Assembly: GCA_951406725.2 (NCBI GenBank)
Contig: OX597819.1
Span: 103,664,001 to 103,728,000 of the forward strand
DNA from: Octopus vulgaris
Lineage: Eukaryota
Length of the DNA: 64,000 nt
Direction of reading: 5' to 3'
Positions 27,138 through 41,193 of this stretch are shown here, one piece after another (the first letter of the stretch is position 1; every line of letters begins with the position of its first letter). The notes under the pieces were generated by a model. The model saw nothing but the letters and a program-made list of their open reading frames with translations, was not told the DNA's origin and made no database searches. Both the position numbers and the translations under genes were made by a program.

Positions 27138-28803
27138 CATCATCATTATTTTCTGTTATCATCATCAACATCATCATCATCATCATCATCTCGTTATCTC
27201 TGATTTTGTTGAAGCTCCTGGAGTCTTGCATGCGTAGCGGGCTTACTACGTGCATACTACGATATATATATATACTTGAAATTTACAGAAAAATTACGAA
27301 GACAGGTGTTTGAAAAACAAGCAAGTGTATTAGTCTGACGCTCTGGAAAGGGAAAAAGTATTTTACGTTTCGAGCTTACGCTCTTTAGTAGAAAGGAATA
27401 AGAGAAAATAAACAGTGAGAGACTATTAATAAATATGGATTTAGCTGTCAAGCATGGCGACTGGTTGGAAAAAAAGATTTGACAGGAGAGGTAGAAAGAA
27501 GGGACGATAATAAAGTATTGGTGATCAGAAAACGAAGGTGCACGTGCGTGTGTGTGCAGGTGGTAATGTGTAAGTGTGTGTGTGGATAGGGACTAGTGAC
27601 TTTGATGTGTAAGGATGTGTGCGTATCTAGGTGTGTGCGTCTATAATATGTGGGTGTACGGATGATGGTGTGTGATGTGGGTGCCGAAAAGTGGTCAGTG
27701 CTTGTAGGTGTGGAGTGGTGTGATGTGGTGTGGGATGTTGTGTGGTGTGGTTTGGGAGTGTGGGGAATTTAGGATAGGGGAACTGGTCAGTGCTAGTGTG
27801 TGTGGAGTGGTGTTTGGTGATGTGATGTGATGGTGTGATGTGGTGTGGTGATGTGGGGTATGGGTTGTGGATGTGGGGTAGTATGTGGTAGGGGTAGGGC
27901 TGGATGTGGGTTCGGATGGGGATGTGGGTGTGGGGAGAGATGTGAGGGTAAGGGTGTGGCATTGGGATGTGTGGGGGCGGGTTGTCGTTGGGGGAGTATC
28001 AATGAAGAGAAAATGTGGGTAGGATTCAAGAGAGGAAGTATATATATGATCGTTATTGTTATCATCAGTAGCAGTATTAGTATTAGTAGTAGTAGTATTG
28101 TAGTATTGATGTGATGTATTGTCATTGTTTTTTCCTAATATTGTTCAGTTGTTCCCTAATCCGACGTTAAACTTGATCCAGAAATCATATGGTCAAGATC
28201 ATTCCTGCCCAGTCCATTAGGTCTTTCATTCATTCTTTTGTTTTTCTTTCTTTTCAGACCCAGTATACCTTGGTGTACATAACATAATGTTTCCTTCCAT
28301 TTATGTTATGACGGCAGAGTGTGGTTTGAGGGGATTTTGACTGCTACATCTAACACTTCTAATGGCAATATAGTTGGATGTACGATGGATCATATTTTTG
28401 TTGATGGGGCTGAGATTGTTTTCTAACGTCGTGATACATTGTGACATGTAGTCATATCCATTAACATTTGTGTTTCGAATCTAAACAGGTCTTTTCAATG
28501 TATCTGAGTCCATAAAACATGTGCTAGTCAAGTAATAAATAGGCCTGTTATCGCCATAAATAACATTATAATTGCTATTAGTAGCAGAAGCAGCGTTGTT
28601 ATCATCATCATCATTGTTGTCATCATTATCATCATCATCGTCGTCATCATTATCATCACCATCGGCGTCGTCGTCAACATGATTTTTTGCAGCAAAAACA
28701 TCATCGTTATCTTCGTCCTCATTGTCGTTGTCTATATTGTCTCAGTCGTTGTCTTCGCCGTTGCTTTCAGCGTCATCACAATCATCATTGACATCATCAT
28801 GGT

Positions 28804-28834
<31 letters not shown>

Positions 28835-29329
28835 AGCAGCATTTTCGTCATTATAGTTAAAAGTACTACCATTATTCTCATCGTTGTTATTGTGGTGATC
28901 CTCTTCCTCAATCTCATCATTATCCTCACCGTCACCGTCATCAGTATTGTCGTTATCCGCTTCATGATCGTCGTTACGGCTGCCTTCGTTATCGCCTTCA
29001 AAGTTCGTAGAGTGACGGACAAGCTGTCTTGCAGTGTTTAGTCACCGTTCGCTACATTCTGAATAAAAATTACAACGAAATCAATATTGCCTTTGGTCAA
29101 TTAAGAACCAGCCAAGCACTGTGATCCATTAAATCGACTAGACACCCTTATCGCCAGCACCCAACTCCTTTTGTTGTATTAGTAGAAATGACTGAGTTCC
29201 AATATCAACGTTCCATATTTACGGCAATCCTTAAATAATGTTCTAGCCAAGAACTGGAATCCAGGATTTTCCATTCTAATCGTTATTTGAATTCTTGATC
29301 TCGTTCCAGTCTTCGAAAAACAATAAGAG

Positions 29330-30185
29330 CAATGGATCGGCAGAATTGGTAGAGTCTTAGATGAAATGCCTTGCGCTATTTCTTCCGGTTCTTTTCATTC
29401 TGAGTTCAAATCCCACCGAAGCGAACTTTGTCTTCTTTACTTGCCATGTTTCTAAAATTAAATAGCAATCAAGCCTCCCGGGACATTATTCTCTTGTGTC
29501 TTGAATTTTACAACTCCAGGGGCCGGTTACCTTGTTTCCTTAACGTACAAGTTACCGAAATTATAACTATCTCTAGTTTATCGCAGGGTTACTGAGTCGA
29601 TGGAGCAACGCGGATTAAAGGGTTTTGCTCAACAATATATCACAACTGCTCTGTCTGGAAATCGAAACCACGATCTTACGAGCGACACCTTAACCACTAG
29701 GCCAGGCACTTTTTGATTAGCAGCCAAGCACTGGAATTCAACTTAATTGATTATTACTTCCCTGCATATTTGTGGTCTTCTGCCTATGTTAAAAGGTTAA
29801 CTTGCAGAAGCATTAGAATGTCGGACAAAAATGCCTTGAAGTATTTAGTCACTGTCATTTACGTTCTGTATTCAAATGAAGTCGAAGTCACTTCTGCATT
29901 TCATCATTTCAATGTTGATAAAGTGTCAGTCAAGCCCTGGTCGATGCAGACTAATGCTTTACGCTCAACATTGCAGGTCTTGTATGAAACACTACTAATA
30001 ATAAAAGAAATCATGGTAAAAATGCTTTAAGATATTTGTTGCAGTTCCTTACTATGTAACTTCAAATTGCGCTGATGTCGACCCTAACCTTTTCATATCT
30101 GAGAGTCGATAAAATCAGTACCAGTTGAAGCGACTTACTCCCTCCCCAGAAACTGCTAGCTTTTGCCAAAGCTTGAAAACATTAT
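29330..30185. mobile_element. Cluster of old SINE fragments (three family B on +, one family C-like on - at ~29560-29710)
   Basis: Repeated decayed (G)TTCAAAT..GTCGA motifs; reverse GAAATCGAAACCACGATC..TTAACCACTAGGCCA. Confidence 0.65.
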
Positions 30186-30217
30186 TATTATTACTGAAGT
30201 GGCAAACTAGTCATAGC

Positions 30218-30378
30218 CTTCTTCTTCTTCTTCTTCTTCTTCTTCTTCTTCTTCTTCTTCTTCTTCTTCTTCTTCTTCTTCTTCTTCTTCTTCTTCTTCT
30301 TCTTCTTCTTCTTCTTCTTCTTCTTCTTCTTCTTCTTCTTCTTCTTTATCTTCTTCTTCATCTTCTTCTTCATCTTCT

Positions 30379-30413
<35 letters not shown>

Positions 30414-30426
30414 TTCATCTTCTTCT

Positions 30427-30473
<47 letters not shown>

Positions 30474-30484
30474 TTCTTCTTCTT

Positions 30485-30540
<56 letters not shown>

Positions 30541-30547
30541 CATTATT

Positions 30548-30594
<47 letters not shown>

Positions 30595-30624
30595 TATCAT
30601 CATCATCATCATCATCATCATCAT

Positions 30625-30657
<33 letters not shown>

Positions 30658-30682
30658 GACGACGACGACGACGACGACGACG
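30218..30682. repeat. In-phase compound triplet array CTT-ATT-ATC-ACT-ACG
   Basis: Seen directly; ORF 30125-30838 reads poly-L/I/T without a stop. Confidence 0.95.
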
Positions 30683-30892
30683 TCGAGGAGCTGCAGAAAC
30701 TCTAGCACGCCGGCCAAAATGCTTTGCGGCACTTCGTCTGTGTACGTCCTTACTTCAAATTCCGGCGAGATCGACTTTTCCTTTCATGCTTTTCGGATCG
30801 ATAAATTAAGTACCAGTGAAGCACTGGGGTCGATCTAGTCGACTGACCCCCGCTCTCTCAAAATTTCAGCCCCTGTGCCTATAGTAGAAATG

Positions 30893-30900
<8 letters not shown>
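30683..30900 (+). mobile_element. SINE family B, tail type 1, running into (ATT)n
   Basis: GATCGACTTTTCCTTTCATGCTTTTCGGATCGATAAATTAAGTACCAG. Confidence 0.85.
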
Positions 30901-30972
<72 letters not shown>

Positions 30973-31481
30973 CTAATCTCTTTATTGATATTTTATCGTT
31001 CGCCTCATCTACCAGGAAATCTCATGGCGTATGTGATCCTCCTTACTCTACTGATAAGTTTGTCATTATACTTTATTATAATTCAAGCCACACCGAAACC
31101 CATTGGTGTCCCCCTACTTCTTTCACACTACCCTCTAACCCCCTACACACACACATATACACACACACTCAGAGCATTACTTGAAATGCGTTATGGGATG
31201 TGTCGCACACAAAACAACCGATCTTGGTCATACATCAATTTATTTGGCTATTCAACCACATATTCCCAGCACAACCACGGACGTTGTTTGGTTGCGTGTA
31301 GGAAAGAAACGGAGAAGGAGGAGTGAAAGAGGCGACAGCTACAGAGAGAGAAGGGGATGAGATGATGAAGAAGAAATGTAAAGACAAGAGTGATAATGCT
31401 AAATGCAGATAGAGGGATGGATGGATAGATAGATAGATAGATAGATAGATTGATAGATAGCTAGCTAGCTAGCTAGCTAGC

Positions 31482-31537
<56 letters not shown>

Positions 31538-31545
31538 CAGACAGG

Positions 31546-31664
<119 letters not shown>

Positions 31665-31705
31665 CGTGGGAGAGAAAGAGAGAAAAAGACAGACAGATTT
31701 AATAC

Positions 31706-31744
<39 letters not shown>

Positions 31745-31903
31745 GGACATTATTATTGGCAGGCAAACCGATATACAGACAGACATACAAACAGATAAAC
31801 GACAGATGGAGAGAGAACGAGAGACAGAGAGGCACAGAGAGAAAGAGAGATTCGGAAAATGTAGTGAGAGTGTAATGCAGATAGTATTAGAAGAGAGAAG
31901 AAC

Positions 31904-31956
<53 letters not shown>

Positions 31957-33142
31957 AAGAGTAGCAGAGAGAGGAGAGTAAAGGAGAAGGGTATACAGTG
32001 AGTTGAAGGTGGAGGGATTTAAGAGATTTTGTTAATTCTTGTGGCTGGTGTCATCGGGATAATTGTAATTGGATGTTATTGTTACTGTTGTTATTCATGT
32101 CCTCGCTGTCATTGCTATGAAGGTATTGGTTTTAGGGATGATGGCTGTTGATGGTGTTGAAAGGAATGGTAGCTTTAGTTGATGATGATAGGACGATGAT
32201 GATGGTTGGGGGGGGGGGTGAAGTAGCGGTGATAGGGATGTTATTTAGACCACGATCAACCCCATATTAATCAGATCATTGGCAGCATACTTTCTCGCTG
32301 GCTGTCTGTCTGTCTGGTTGGCTGGCTGGCTGCTACTGCTGCTGCTTTTGCCCCTGCTGCTGGTGTTACTGCTGTTGCTACTGCTGCTACCGCCGCCGCC
32401 TCCGCCACCGATGATGTTGATGATGATGATGATGGTGTCATAGTTAGTATTGTTGTCGTTCTTGTTAATATCTACGTGATACATGGTACCAGATCGAACA
32501 TCTAATCTACAATCAAAAATCTTATATTGACTATCCACTATATTTATATGCTTAAGTCCTAGACACAGGGAGGTGTTGTCTGAGAAACATTTGGCTACTG
32601 TTTTTAGTGGGTCGAGCATTGATTTAGTTACTTTCGTCCTTAATTCATAGGCAGCTGATCAAATAATTTACCACCTCCAAATGTCCATCCTTTTAGATTT
32701 TCCAATGACTATGTATGCCTAATCGAGAAACATACTGTATTCTGGTGGTGGTGGTGATGGTGATGGTGGTGGTAGTGATGGTGGTGGTGCTGCTGCTGCT
32801 GCTGCTGTTGCTGTTGAAAATATTGCACCAGTGTTTTATCATTGTTTTCGTCAAAAACGAAAGGTTTGTTTCAGTGAGCTTTTCCTAGATCCTACAAAAC
32901 TACTAGAAGCATCTCAGATAGTTAGTCTTTGATCGCAGACGTCGCATGAATGCTTGTAACAGAGTTGAGCCCCTACCGGCCCACCGCCGGCATATGTTGG
33001 TCATGTATCTACACAGAATCAGCCCTGCCTATACAGACCAAAGTTGTTTCCGCTATGACCATGCCGTTTTTCTGAAAGTTAATTTCAGGCTAGATTATTT
33101 AAAATAGCATTCAGTGCTTTCCAAACACTACATCTTTATGAG

Positions 33143-33274
33143 ATATATTTGTTGTTCTACAGGAGATATTTTACAATAATTTTCTCTATACGTTGAAAAC
33201 AACAATATTTCTCTGTTAAATTGTGAGTGGTGCGAATAAATCATTACTGGTACAACTGGAGTATTGACCCACAT
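33143..33274 (+). repeat. 132-bp exact local duplicate of 35919-36050
   Basis: Base-by-base comparison shows identity. Confidence 0.92.
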
Positions 33275-33479
33275 AATCAAAGTAATTTCAGGCAAATAAC
33301 TACTTTCCCTCAGATGTAAATCCTCTTCCTCTATGCTACCTGTATTTCTCCAAGAGCAAGACAAGGCTTTGAGGCGATACGTTTTAGCCCCAGTGTTCCT
33401 CACAGAATCTGCTGTTAGAACGCTAGAAACCATTACAGATACACAAAGCAGCTTTCCCGAACCCATCTCCCCCCTCTGT

Positions 33480-33865
33480 GTTGACACTTTATTTATCGAC
33501 CTCGAAAGAATCAAAGGCAAAGTTGACCTCGGCAGGATCCGAACTCAGAAAACAGGTAGTCGGAACAAATAAGTCATTCAATGAAATGGTCTTACGGTTC
33601 CACCAGCTGATACTGCTGACGATACCCAAAGACCAGTAGGGATGTTGAACAGGCTGACCGATTAAATCAACCACCTAAGAACTTAGAACGAATCCACCAC
33701 CCTCTTCAACGGACTTGCACAGTTTCCGCCAACGAAATTTCACACGCAAGACTGCTTTATGACTGTCGTACAAAACATTTTCCCGTGATACCGCACTGTG
33801 GAGCTGAGGATGAATAGGTGTTCTTATTACGAAGTAAATTTCTTAACCTCACAGAAATGTTTGCA
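33480..33865 (-). mobile_element. Decayed SINE B (33480-33620) and SINE A (33705-33865) fragments
   Basis: TTTATCGACCTCGAAAGAATCAAAGGCAAAGTTGACCTCGGC; CACAGTTTCCG..CGCACTGTGGAGCTGAG. Confidence 0.65.
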
Positions 33866-34665
33866 ACGCAAGCATGTCTGATAATATTAGTGGGAGAAAG
33901 TTACTAAAGCATTCTTCGGAGTATGTTGCTTGGTGGCCATATTTATAATATAGTTTAACACCCAGAACCAGCCCTGCCTACACAGATCAAAGACGTTCCC
34001 GCTATGACCATGCCGTTTTTCTGAAAGTTAATTTCAGACTAGATTATTTAAAATAACATTCAGTGCTTTCCAAACACTGTATGGTATGATTTGAAGAAGT
34101 ATTGACTCTAAATTTTGGTAATTACGAATGTGTTTGTATCAGACGTCACTCATGCAAATATTAGCAAAATGGTGTACATTTGGTTGGTAGTGGGGTAGGG
34201 GAAATGGTAGTAGTGGCTAGGATTGTGGTAGTGCTGAGGGCAATAGCGAGGATAACGGTAGTAGCGTTGGTGGAGAGGTTGATAGGGATATGTTAATGGT
34301 GATATTAAATTGACTTTTAGTAGTAGTGCTGCGTGGATATTGTTCCGCTCTGGATCAGTCATAATTGAGCTGACCCACGTTCAATGATATTCCAACCGTG
34401 ACGAACTAGCCAGTTTGTACGACCAGCACTCCACTATACAGACTGCATTATAAATGATGTGGCTGTGCGTGTCAGCTATTGTCACTGTCGTTTAGCCCCA
34501 GAGCATTTATGATTAAGAAGACAGTTATACGATCAAAGATATCCCATCCGTGACCAGCTGGTCTTGTGTATGTCTCGCAACGTACTCTTTCTTCTTAAAG
34601 AAAGTAAAGTGTAATTTAAATAACTTTATGGTATTATTTCTGGCGAATCGAAGGACCGTTTAGAG

Positions 34666-34897
34666 CAGTGTTTCTTAGCCTTTTTTGGCCTATGGACCAT
34701 TTGCTTCTTATTTTAGGACCTCCATAACCATTCAGTGTATATAAAAAAAAACTGTATTTTTATAATATTATCAGAAAGTGTATTAAAAAAATTAAAATAT
34801 TTTGTGTATTGTATAACCAATTTATTGCAGATAAATTTTGACAATAAAATCTTATATAGGCCTCCAAAGGCCATATGAACCCTGGTTGAGAACCCTG
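34666..34897. mobile_element. hAT (Charlie-like) MITE
   Basis: TIRs CAGTGTTTCTTAGCC and GGTTGAGAACCCTG. The 8-bp TSD is not preserved. Confidence 0.65.
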
Positions 34898-35909
34898 GTT
34901 GTAAACATTCATTTGGTTCATGATAAGGGTTGTAGTGTTGGTTGTAGAATTAGGGATTACGTTATATTAATCGGTGATACTAGTGGTAGTGATAGTATTA
35001 ATATTAACGTTGTATCAACAGTGTTGTTAGTGTGAATAAAATTGGTGATTCTAACAGTAATGATAACTGTGGTAGTGTTGTAATTGTGTGTGTGTGGGAG
35101 GGGTTATTGTAGTGATGTTGGAATCATAGTTGTTTTGGAGCGGTGGTGGAACGCGGCAGCGATGGTGGTGGTAGTGGCGGTGGCGGCGGCGACGGCGACG
35201 GTGGTGGTTGTGGTGGTTTTGGTTGTGGTGGTGGTGGTGGTGGTGGTATTCCGCTCTAGCTATTGAAACCTGAAAATGAAAAGGAGTAGACGGTACGAAT
35301 AAACTCACGAACGCAATCGCAAACAAACTCACAGACTCGCGCGCGCACGCACAAAAGCAATTCATCCACACATACAAGGAGGAGAGGAAGAAGGAGAGGT
35401 ACAGAGGTGGACAGCCCGATAGAGAGACAGACAGGAAAGCCAGATCATGGTGACAGCAAGAGACAGAGAGGGGAATTAGAGATAAAGAAGGGGGAGAGAG
35501 AGAGAGAAATAAGGGGAGATGAGAAGAGGATAGAGACATAAGTTGGGAAGTGTAAGCGATGGAGTCTGCAATCCTGTTTACGGCCTGTTTAACGACAGGC
35601 GTTGATCAGGCGAGCTGTTAGCACATAAGTGTACTTAAGCGGAAAACTTATAAATCTCCACTGTGTAATGAAGTCATTGTCCACCACGCTCATTATCATC
35701 GCCACAATCACTACCACCACCACCACCACTACCAACACCACCAACAACATCAACATCGGCTCCGTCTTCATCACCACATGGTGCTTAAACAACCCCAACA
35801 ACCACTAATATCACGATCAGCATTTTCACCAATATTGTCACTCACTACGTCACCGTCACTGAAAAAGCCACTACCCTCTTAACATTACTAATTACCACCG
35901 ACACCAACA

Positions 35910-37000
35910 TCTTTATTTATATATTTGTTGTTCTACAGGAGATATTTTACAATAATTTTCTCTATACGTTGAAAACAACAATATTTCTCTGTTAAATTGT
36001 GAGTGGTGCGAATAAATCATTACTGGTACAACTGGAGTATTGACCCACATTAACTTGTTTTTGACATTAGTTCTCTTTTAAGGATTATACTATGACATCT
36101 GCAATAGTCTTTTTTATATTTTTTCCATTTTTGTCTTTTATTTTCAACCGTGTTCATTTATTTCTATTTAGCCTGAAATTGCTGATAATATGAACCCCCT
36201 GATTTCAAATTTCTCTTCTCTTTTTTTTTTTTTTAAGCGCATCTGTAACAGAATTTTCATTTGTTTATCGTCTACAACATATAACTTGAAAACATCGATA
36301 TACAGAATATAATTTACTGTCGTCCCATAATATTTGGAATAGAGTCCAGTATAGGTTAACGTAATATTTAAAGTTGTACAGAATTGTCTTTCGTATAGGA
36401 GTGAGAATCCCTTTCATAATTCGCATATATGCGTACAAAATCGCGTAGTTTAACCGGGAGTAAATTTTCTGAAATACCCTAGTCAGAGTCTTTATCTGTC
36501 CTCGACACATTTTAGTCGTTAACCTTTTCCAGCATTTGGGTTGCTTTCGCACTCATGAATATATTTCGATATATAACATCTGAATTAGTAGCAACAGCCT
36601 CATACATATGGTATTATTATATTGATGTACTTCCATTACTTTTACGAAACAAATCATATAGGACTGAAACAATAAGCCTTCTTATACTCGGTCCAGCATG
36701 GCAGGTTTTGCTTAATTCTCTAAACTCCATCTCTTTAGCATAATATTACAAGCGATATGATATTTTTCTCCTTCCAGATTTCTCCAAGCGTATTATTATA
36801 ATCTAAATTTTCTATCAGTTATTCAAGTCACTCGCAGTGTACTATTTTGTTTCTTTTTCTGTATCTTGGAATCATCCACACACTCTCATCAACAATGTGC
36901 TGGTTTGATTCATAGTATTACTTGAGTATATACCTTTCCACAACAGGAATTGGATTGTTCTTTGTAAAGATCCATCTATCTTATTCAAAACGTTTTGGGG
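35910..37000 (-). mobile_element. Very old R4/Dong-like RT relic
   Basis: WTEYKKAY (~WIDYKKAFD), LWDDSKLYS (~YMDDLKLY) and NVKNKLMWVNTPVVPVMIYS (~NxKNKIxAINTLAVPVxxYS), in the expected order. Confidence 0.6.
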
Positions 37001-37774
37001 GAGAGTATGTTATAGATTATTTTCACTGTCTGCCTGCAGAAGTTGGACACCCCGGGTGCCTGAATCAGTAGCGAGGACATAAGGCAAATGCTGAAGAAAC
37101 TGATGAAGAACAAGAAGAATGGAGAAATGGTGTCCTGGTTATGGAGTTGATATATGGCGATTAACTAAACAGCAAATTTATTAACATTTACCTAAAATGA
37201 CACAGAATACCAATAAATCTAGCAACTGCTAAAGATGAGGTGCACGGAGGATGTGAGGGGCTCTATGGCTTGGTGCTGACTGGTAAGTTCGAAGAATGTA
37301 ATTCGAAGATTATCATCGAATAGGAAGTCGGACGGTATCACGGTTTTCTCACCAGATACATGTGACGAGATTGATATTTTCTTCGTTTTCTCAATCAAAA
37401 CTTTTAGCCTTTTTAATATATGGTATTACATTTTTGCCTAATCACCGAGTTTCACTCTATGTGTATAAATCCAAACAAATAGATAGATGCACATTAATAC
37501 ACTAGTAGTCAGTGTATGGCGATCTTAGGATTTACCCTTAGGATGTATGGCGATCTTAGGATTTGGCCTAGTTGGAGGTCGTCCTGTAGGAGGAGGATTA
37601 CACTTTCGTATGCTCACTCACTTGGTGTATTATCTATACTCTTATCTCATTTCACCGTCTTTTCTCCATTCTCTCACCTCATTTTTTTAAGAACCCATGC
37701 ACATTGTAAACTGCCTTTATAATATCTTCTTTATTTGATAACAAATAAAAGAAATTACTCTTATTGCTGTCATA

Positions 37775-37995
37775 AGGCGGCAAGGTGAAGAGTCGTTAGA
37801 ACGCTAGGAAAAAGGATTAGCGGTTTTTCATTTGATTTTACGTTCTGAGTTCAAATTCCGCCGAGGTCGACTTTGCCCTTCATTGTTTCGGGATCGATAA
37901 AATAAAGTAACAATTGAGTACTGGAATCGATGTAATCGACTTACTTCCTCCCCCGAAATTCAGGATTTGTGCCTATAGTAGAAAGGATTAATATT
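37775..37995 (+). mobile_element. SINE family B, tail type 1
   Basis: TTCTGAGTTCAAATTCCGCCGAGGTCGACTTTGCC ... GTAGAAAGGATTA. Confidence 0.88.
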
Positions 37996-38019
37996 ATTAC
38001 TATTTTATTATTATTATTC

Positions 38020-38395
38020 AGTGAGAGAGCAGTGCATGCCATCAAAGTGACACTGGGGCAAAATATACGAAGCTAAGTATACCCATCATGACTACCCGTC
38101 TGATAAGGGTACACCAGTCACATGCATCACTACCATATGTGCGCGACATGGCGATCTTCTATCAAGATAAACAGTGCATGTCCTTGTAGGTGGGGCCCAG
38201 TTAGAATTTTCTTCAGGTCGAGTAGACAATCCTGCTCAAAAGGTTTCTGAATAAGAGTTGCTTAAGGATGTTGAACAGAACAGCCATGTTTCCAGAGGTG
38301 AATTATCCAAACCCCAAAGAATTCTTCTCAGCACATGGCTATGATGCTCCCCCACTACTTCTGCTCGTGATCAGAGATGCACATACCGTCAGCCA
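38020..38395 (-). mobile_element. Non-coding retroposon family D, 5'-truncated, with (AAT)n tail
   Basis: Highly similar to 61924-62300. Confidence 0.85.
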
Positions 38396-39070
38396 TGCCA
38401 CGTAAATCATTAGTAATGGAAAATACAATAAAGATATCATTATTTCTATTAGCACAACATACTTTCGACAATGAGAAAAGCATGACCCATAACGTTCAGT
38501 TTTCTTCCTCATTCTCTTTACAAATCTCTGCCCTTTCAGGAAAAGCAAGAAATCGTTTATTATTATCACTGACGTCTCTTAATATTTTGATAGATTGTTG
38601 ACACTGATGGTGAAAGTAGTTGCTGCTGCTAGTGAGTTGCGTTGATAATAATGGCGGCAATGGATTCGTTGCGGTAGGAGGAGTGACGGTTCATTCCGAT
38701 TAAGGCTCCTTCTGCTTACAGTTAAGATCCGTCTTCTGATTAAATGCTACTTATAGACGCAATGGGTATTTCATATTGTTAATGTTTAATGATAACACAT
38801 GGCTGTTTGCCGATATTAAGGTCAATGTACGATAGCCTGGTGTTTATAAAATTACTCCATTATTGATTGATGATATCAAATGCAGCGATTAATATTTTGA
38901 TATATCACACTTTTATGGCTATAATCACCGTGATTCGTTGTATGATAGAGTGGCGTTGATGGAATAGTTGTTTGATTGATGATTTACTGCGGACCTATTA
39001 ATGCTTGACACATGACAACCTACAGAGACTACAGCAACCAATTTCTTGTGTATTCACACACACACATACA

Positions 39071-39144
<74 letters not shown>

Positions 39145-39232
39145 CATAGAGAGAGAGAAAGAGAGAGAGAGAGAACAATACAGAGACTGACAGACAGACA
39201 GACAGATAGATCGCGAGATAGATGGATAGATC

Positions 39233-39319
<87 letters not shown>

Positions 39320-39585
39320 GAATAAATTGATAGGCTGATCGGCATTTTAATATCAAAAGATAGAATTCGTCTCTATATAACAAAAAAATAGACAGGCAGA
39401 AAGTCAAGCAAACAGACATCAGACAGACAGACAGATACACAGATAAACAGACAAACAGACAGGCGGACGGAAGGACGGATGGATGAAGGAATAAATTAAT
39501 GAATTGATAGATTGATCGGCATTTTAAAATCAAAAGATAAATTCAACTATATACACGTTCAATTTTAACATAAGTAGACAGACAA

Positions 39586-39775
<190 letters not shown>

Positions 39776-40239
39776 GTATTACTTTGATAACCAAATACAG
39801 CTGTAATTTCAGTAGTGATAGGAGATTCCGTGGCGAACTAGATTACTGGGAACGAGACCTTGCCGTTATCTGGGCTTGAGAGAAGTGTCTTCGGAACATG
39901 TACTTTATGGTCCATTATTACGAACCCTTGTTTACGAATGTTATAATGCAAAATGTTGAAAAATATACCTGCGTGAGACACACAAGACGCAGCATGAACA
40001 TTATGAAAAAAGTAGCGAAAGGAACACTATACTCCGAGAGAAAAGTAAAAGCTCTCTAGCATATTATATTGGTAAACCACATGCCACATTCAGATCTCGA
40101 AGCGTAGCGTGGTGTGGAGAAACGTCCTGTATACAATAACGTTCGAGATAACACGGATTCTATGAACTGATAAGAGTCTGGGATGCAGTAGATAGACATA
40201 GATACGAGTTTGTATATAATGTAAGATGAGTGTTAGATC

Positions 40240-40276
<37 letters not shown>

Positions 40277-40874
40277 TGTGCGTATATATGTGTGCACACA
40301 TGTCTGTAATATAAAAATCGAAGGAAAAGTGTATATCTGTGTAAATATGTGTGTGTAAGTGTGCGTGTGTGTGTGTGTGTGTATGTGTGTGCCTGTGTTT
40401 GAGTGCGTTTGTATGCAGATGCACATGATGTGCTTTTTCAGTATACAGTAATTTCGTGACGTAAGCATGCATTCAGGTATCTCCTTGAAACATGGCTTTT
40501 ACAAAATAAACGGTTATTATGACATAATATTCCCTTAATACACACGAGTCATCTTCATCCCATTTCAGCAAACCCACTTCATCCCCATTTTAGCCTAATT
40601 TACACATGCGCTTGGTTCTTTTTTGTACTTTACACATATATACGTCATCCAGGCTTCAGCCAATGAGATGCGTCCTGGAACTTAACCCCGTGTAGGTTTT
40701 CTTGCTTTACTGTCTTTCCGATTCTTACTCTTTCTGTTCTTGTCTCTCTCTTCCAGTCCTTTTCCACCTATTCTCTGATCTTCTTCCTTCTTTCTCTTCC
40801 CTGCTTCCTCTCTCAATATTTCTTCTTTCTTTTGTTTCTTTCCCTTTCTTTCGTGCTGTCCACGTTATCTCCCC

Positions 40875-40938
<64 letters not shown>

Positions 40939-41057
40939 TTTATATATGTATATATATATATATACGTACATACATAAATATATATGTATATATATACATA
41001 TATGTATACATACATATATATATATACATACATATATGTATATATACACATACATAC

Positions 41058-41121
<64 letters not shown>

Positions 41122-41145
41122 GTATATATATATATACATACATAC

Positions 41146-41193
<48 letters not shown>

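Noticed and set aside
27590-28000. GT-rich tract with G-quadruplex potential and a His/Pro ORF
   Set aside because: Degenerate low-complexity repeat with no evidence of function.
37514-37564. 20-bp direct repeat GTATGGCGATCTTAGGATTT
   Set aside because: A single small tandem duplication with no further structure.
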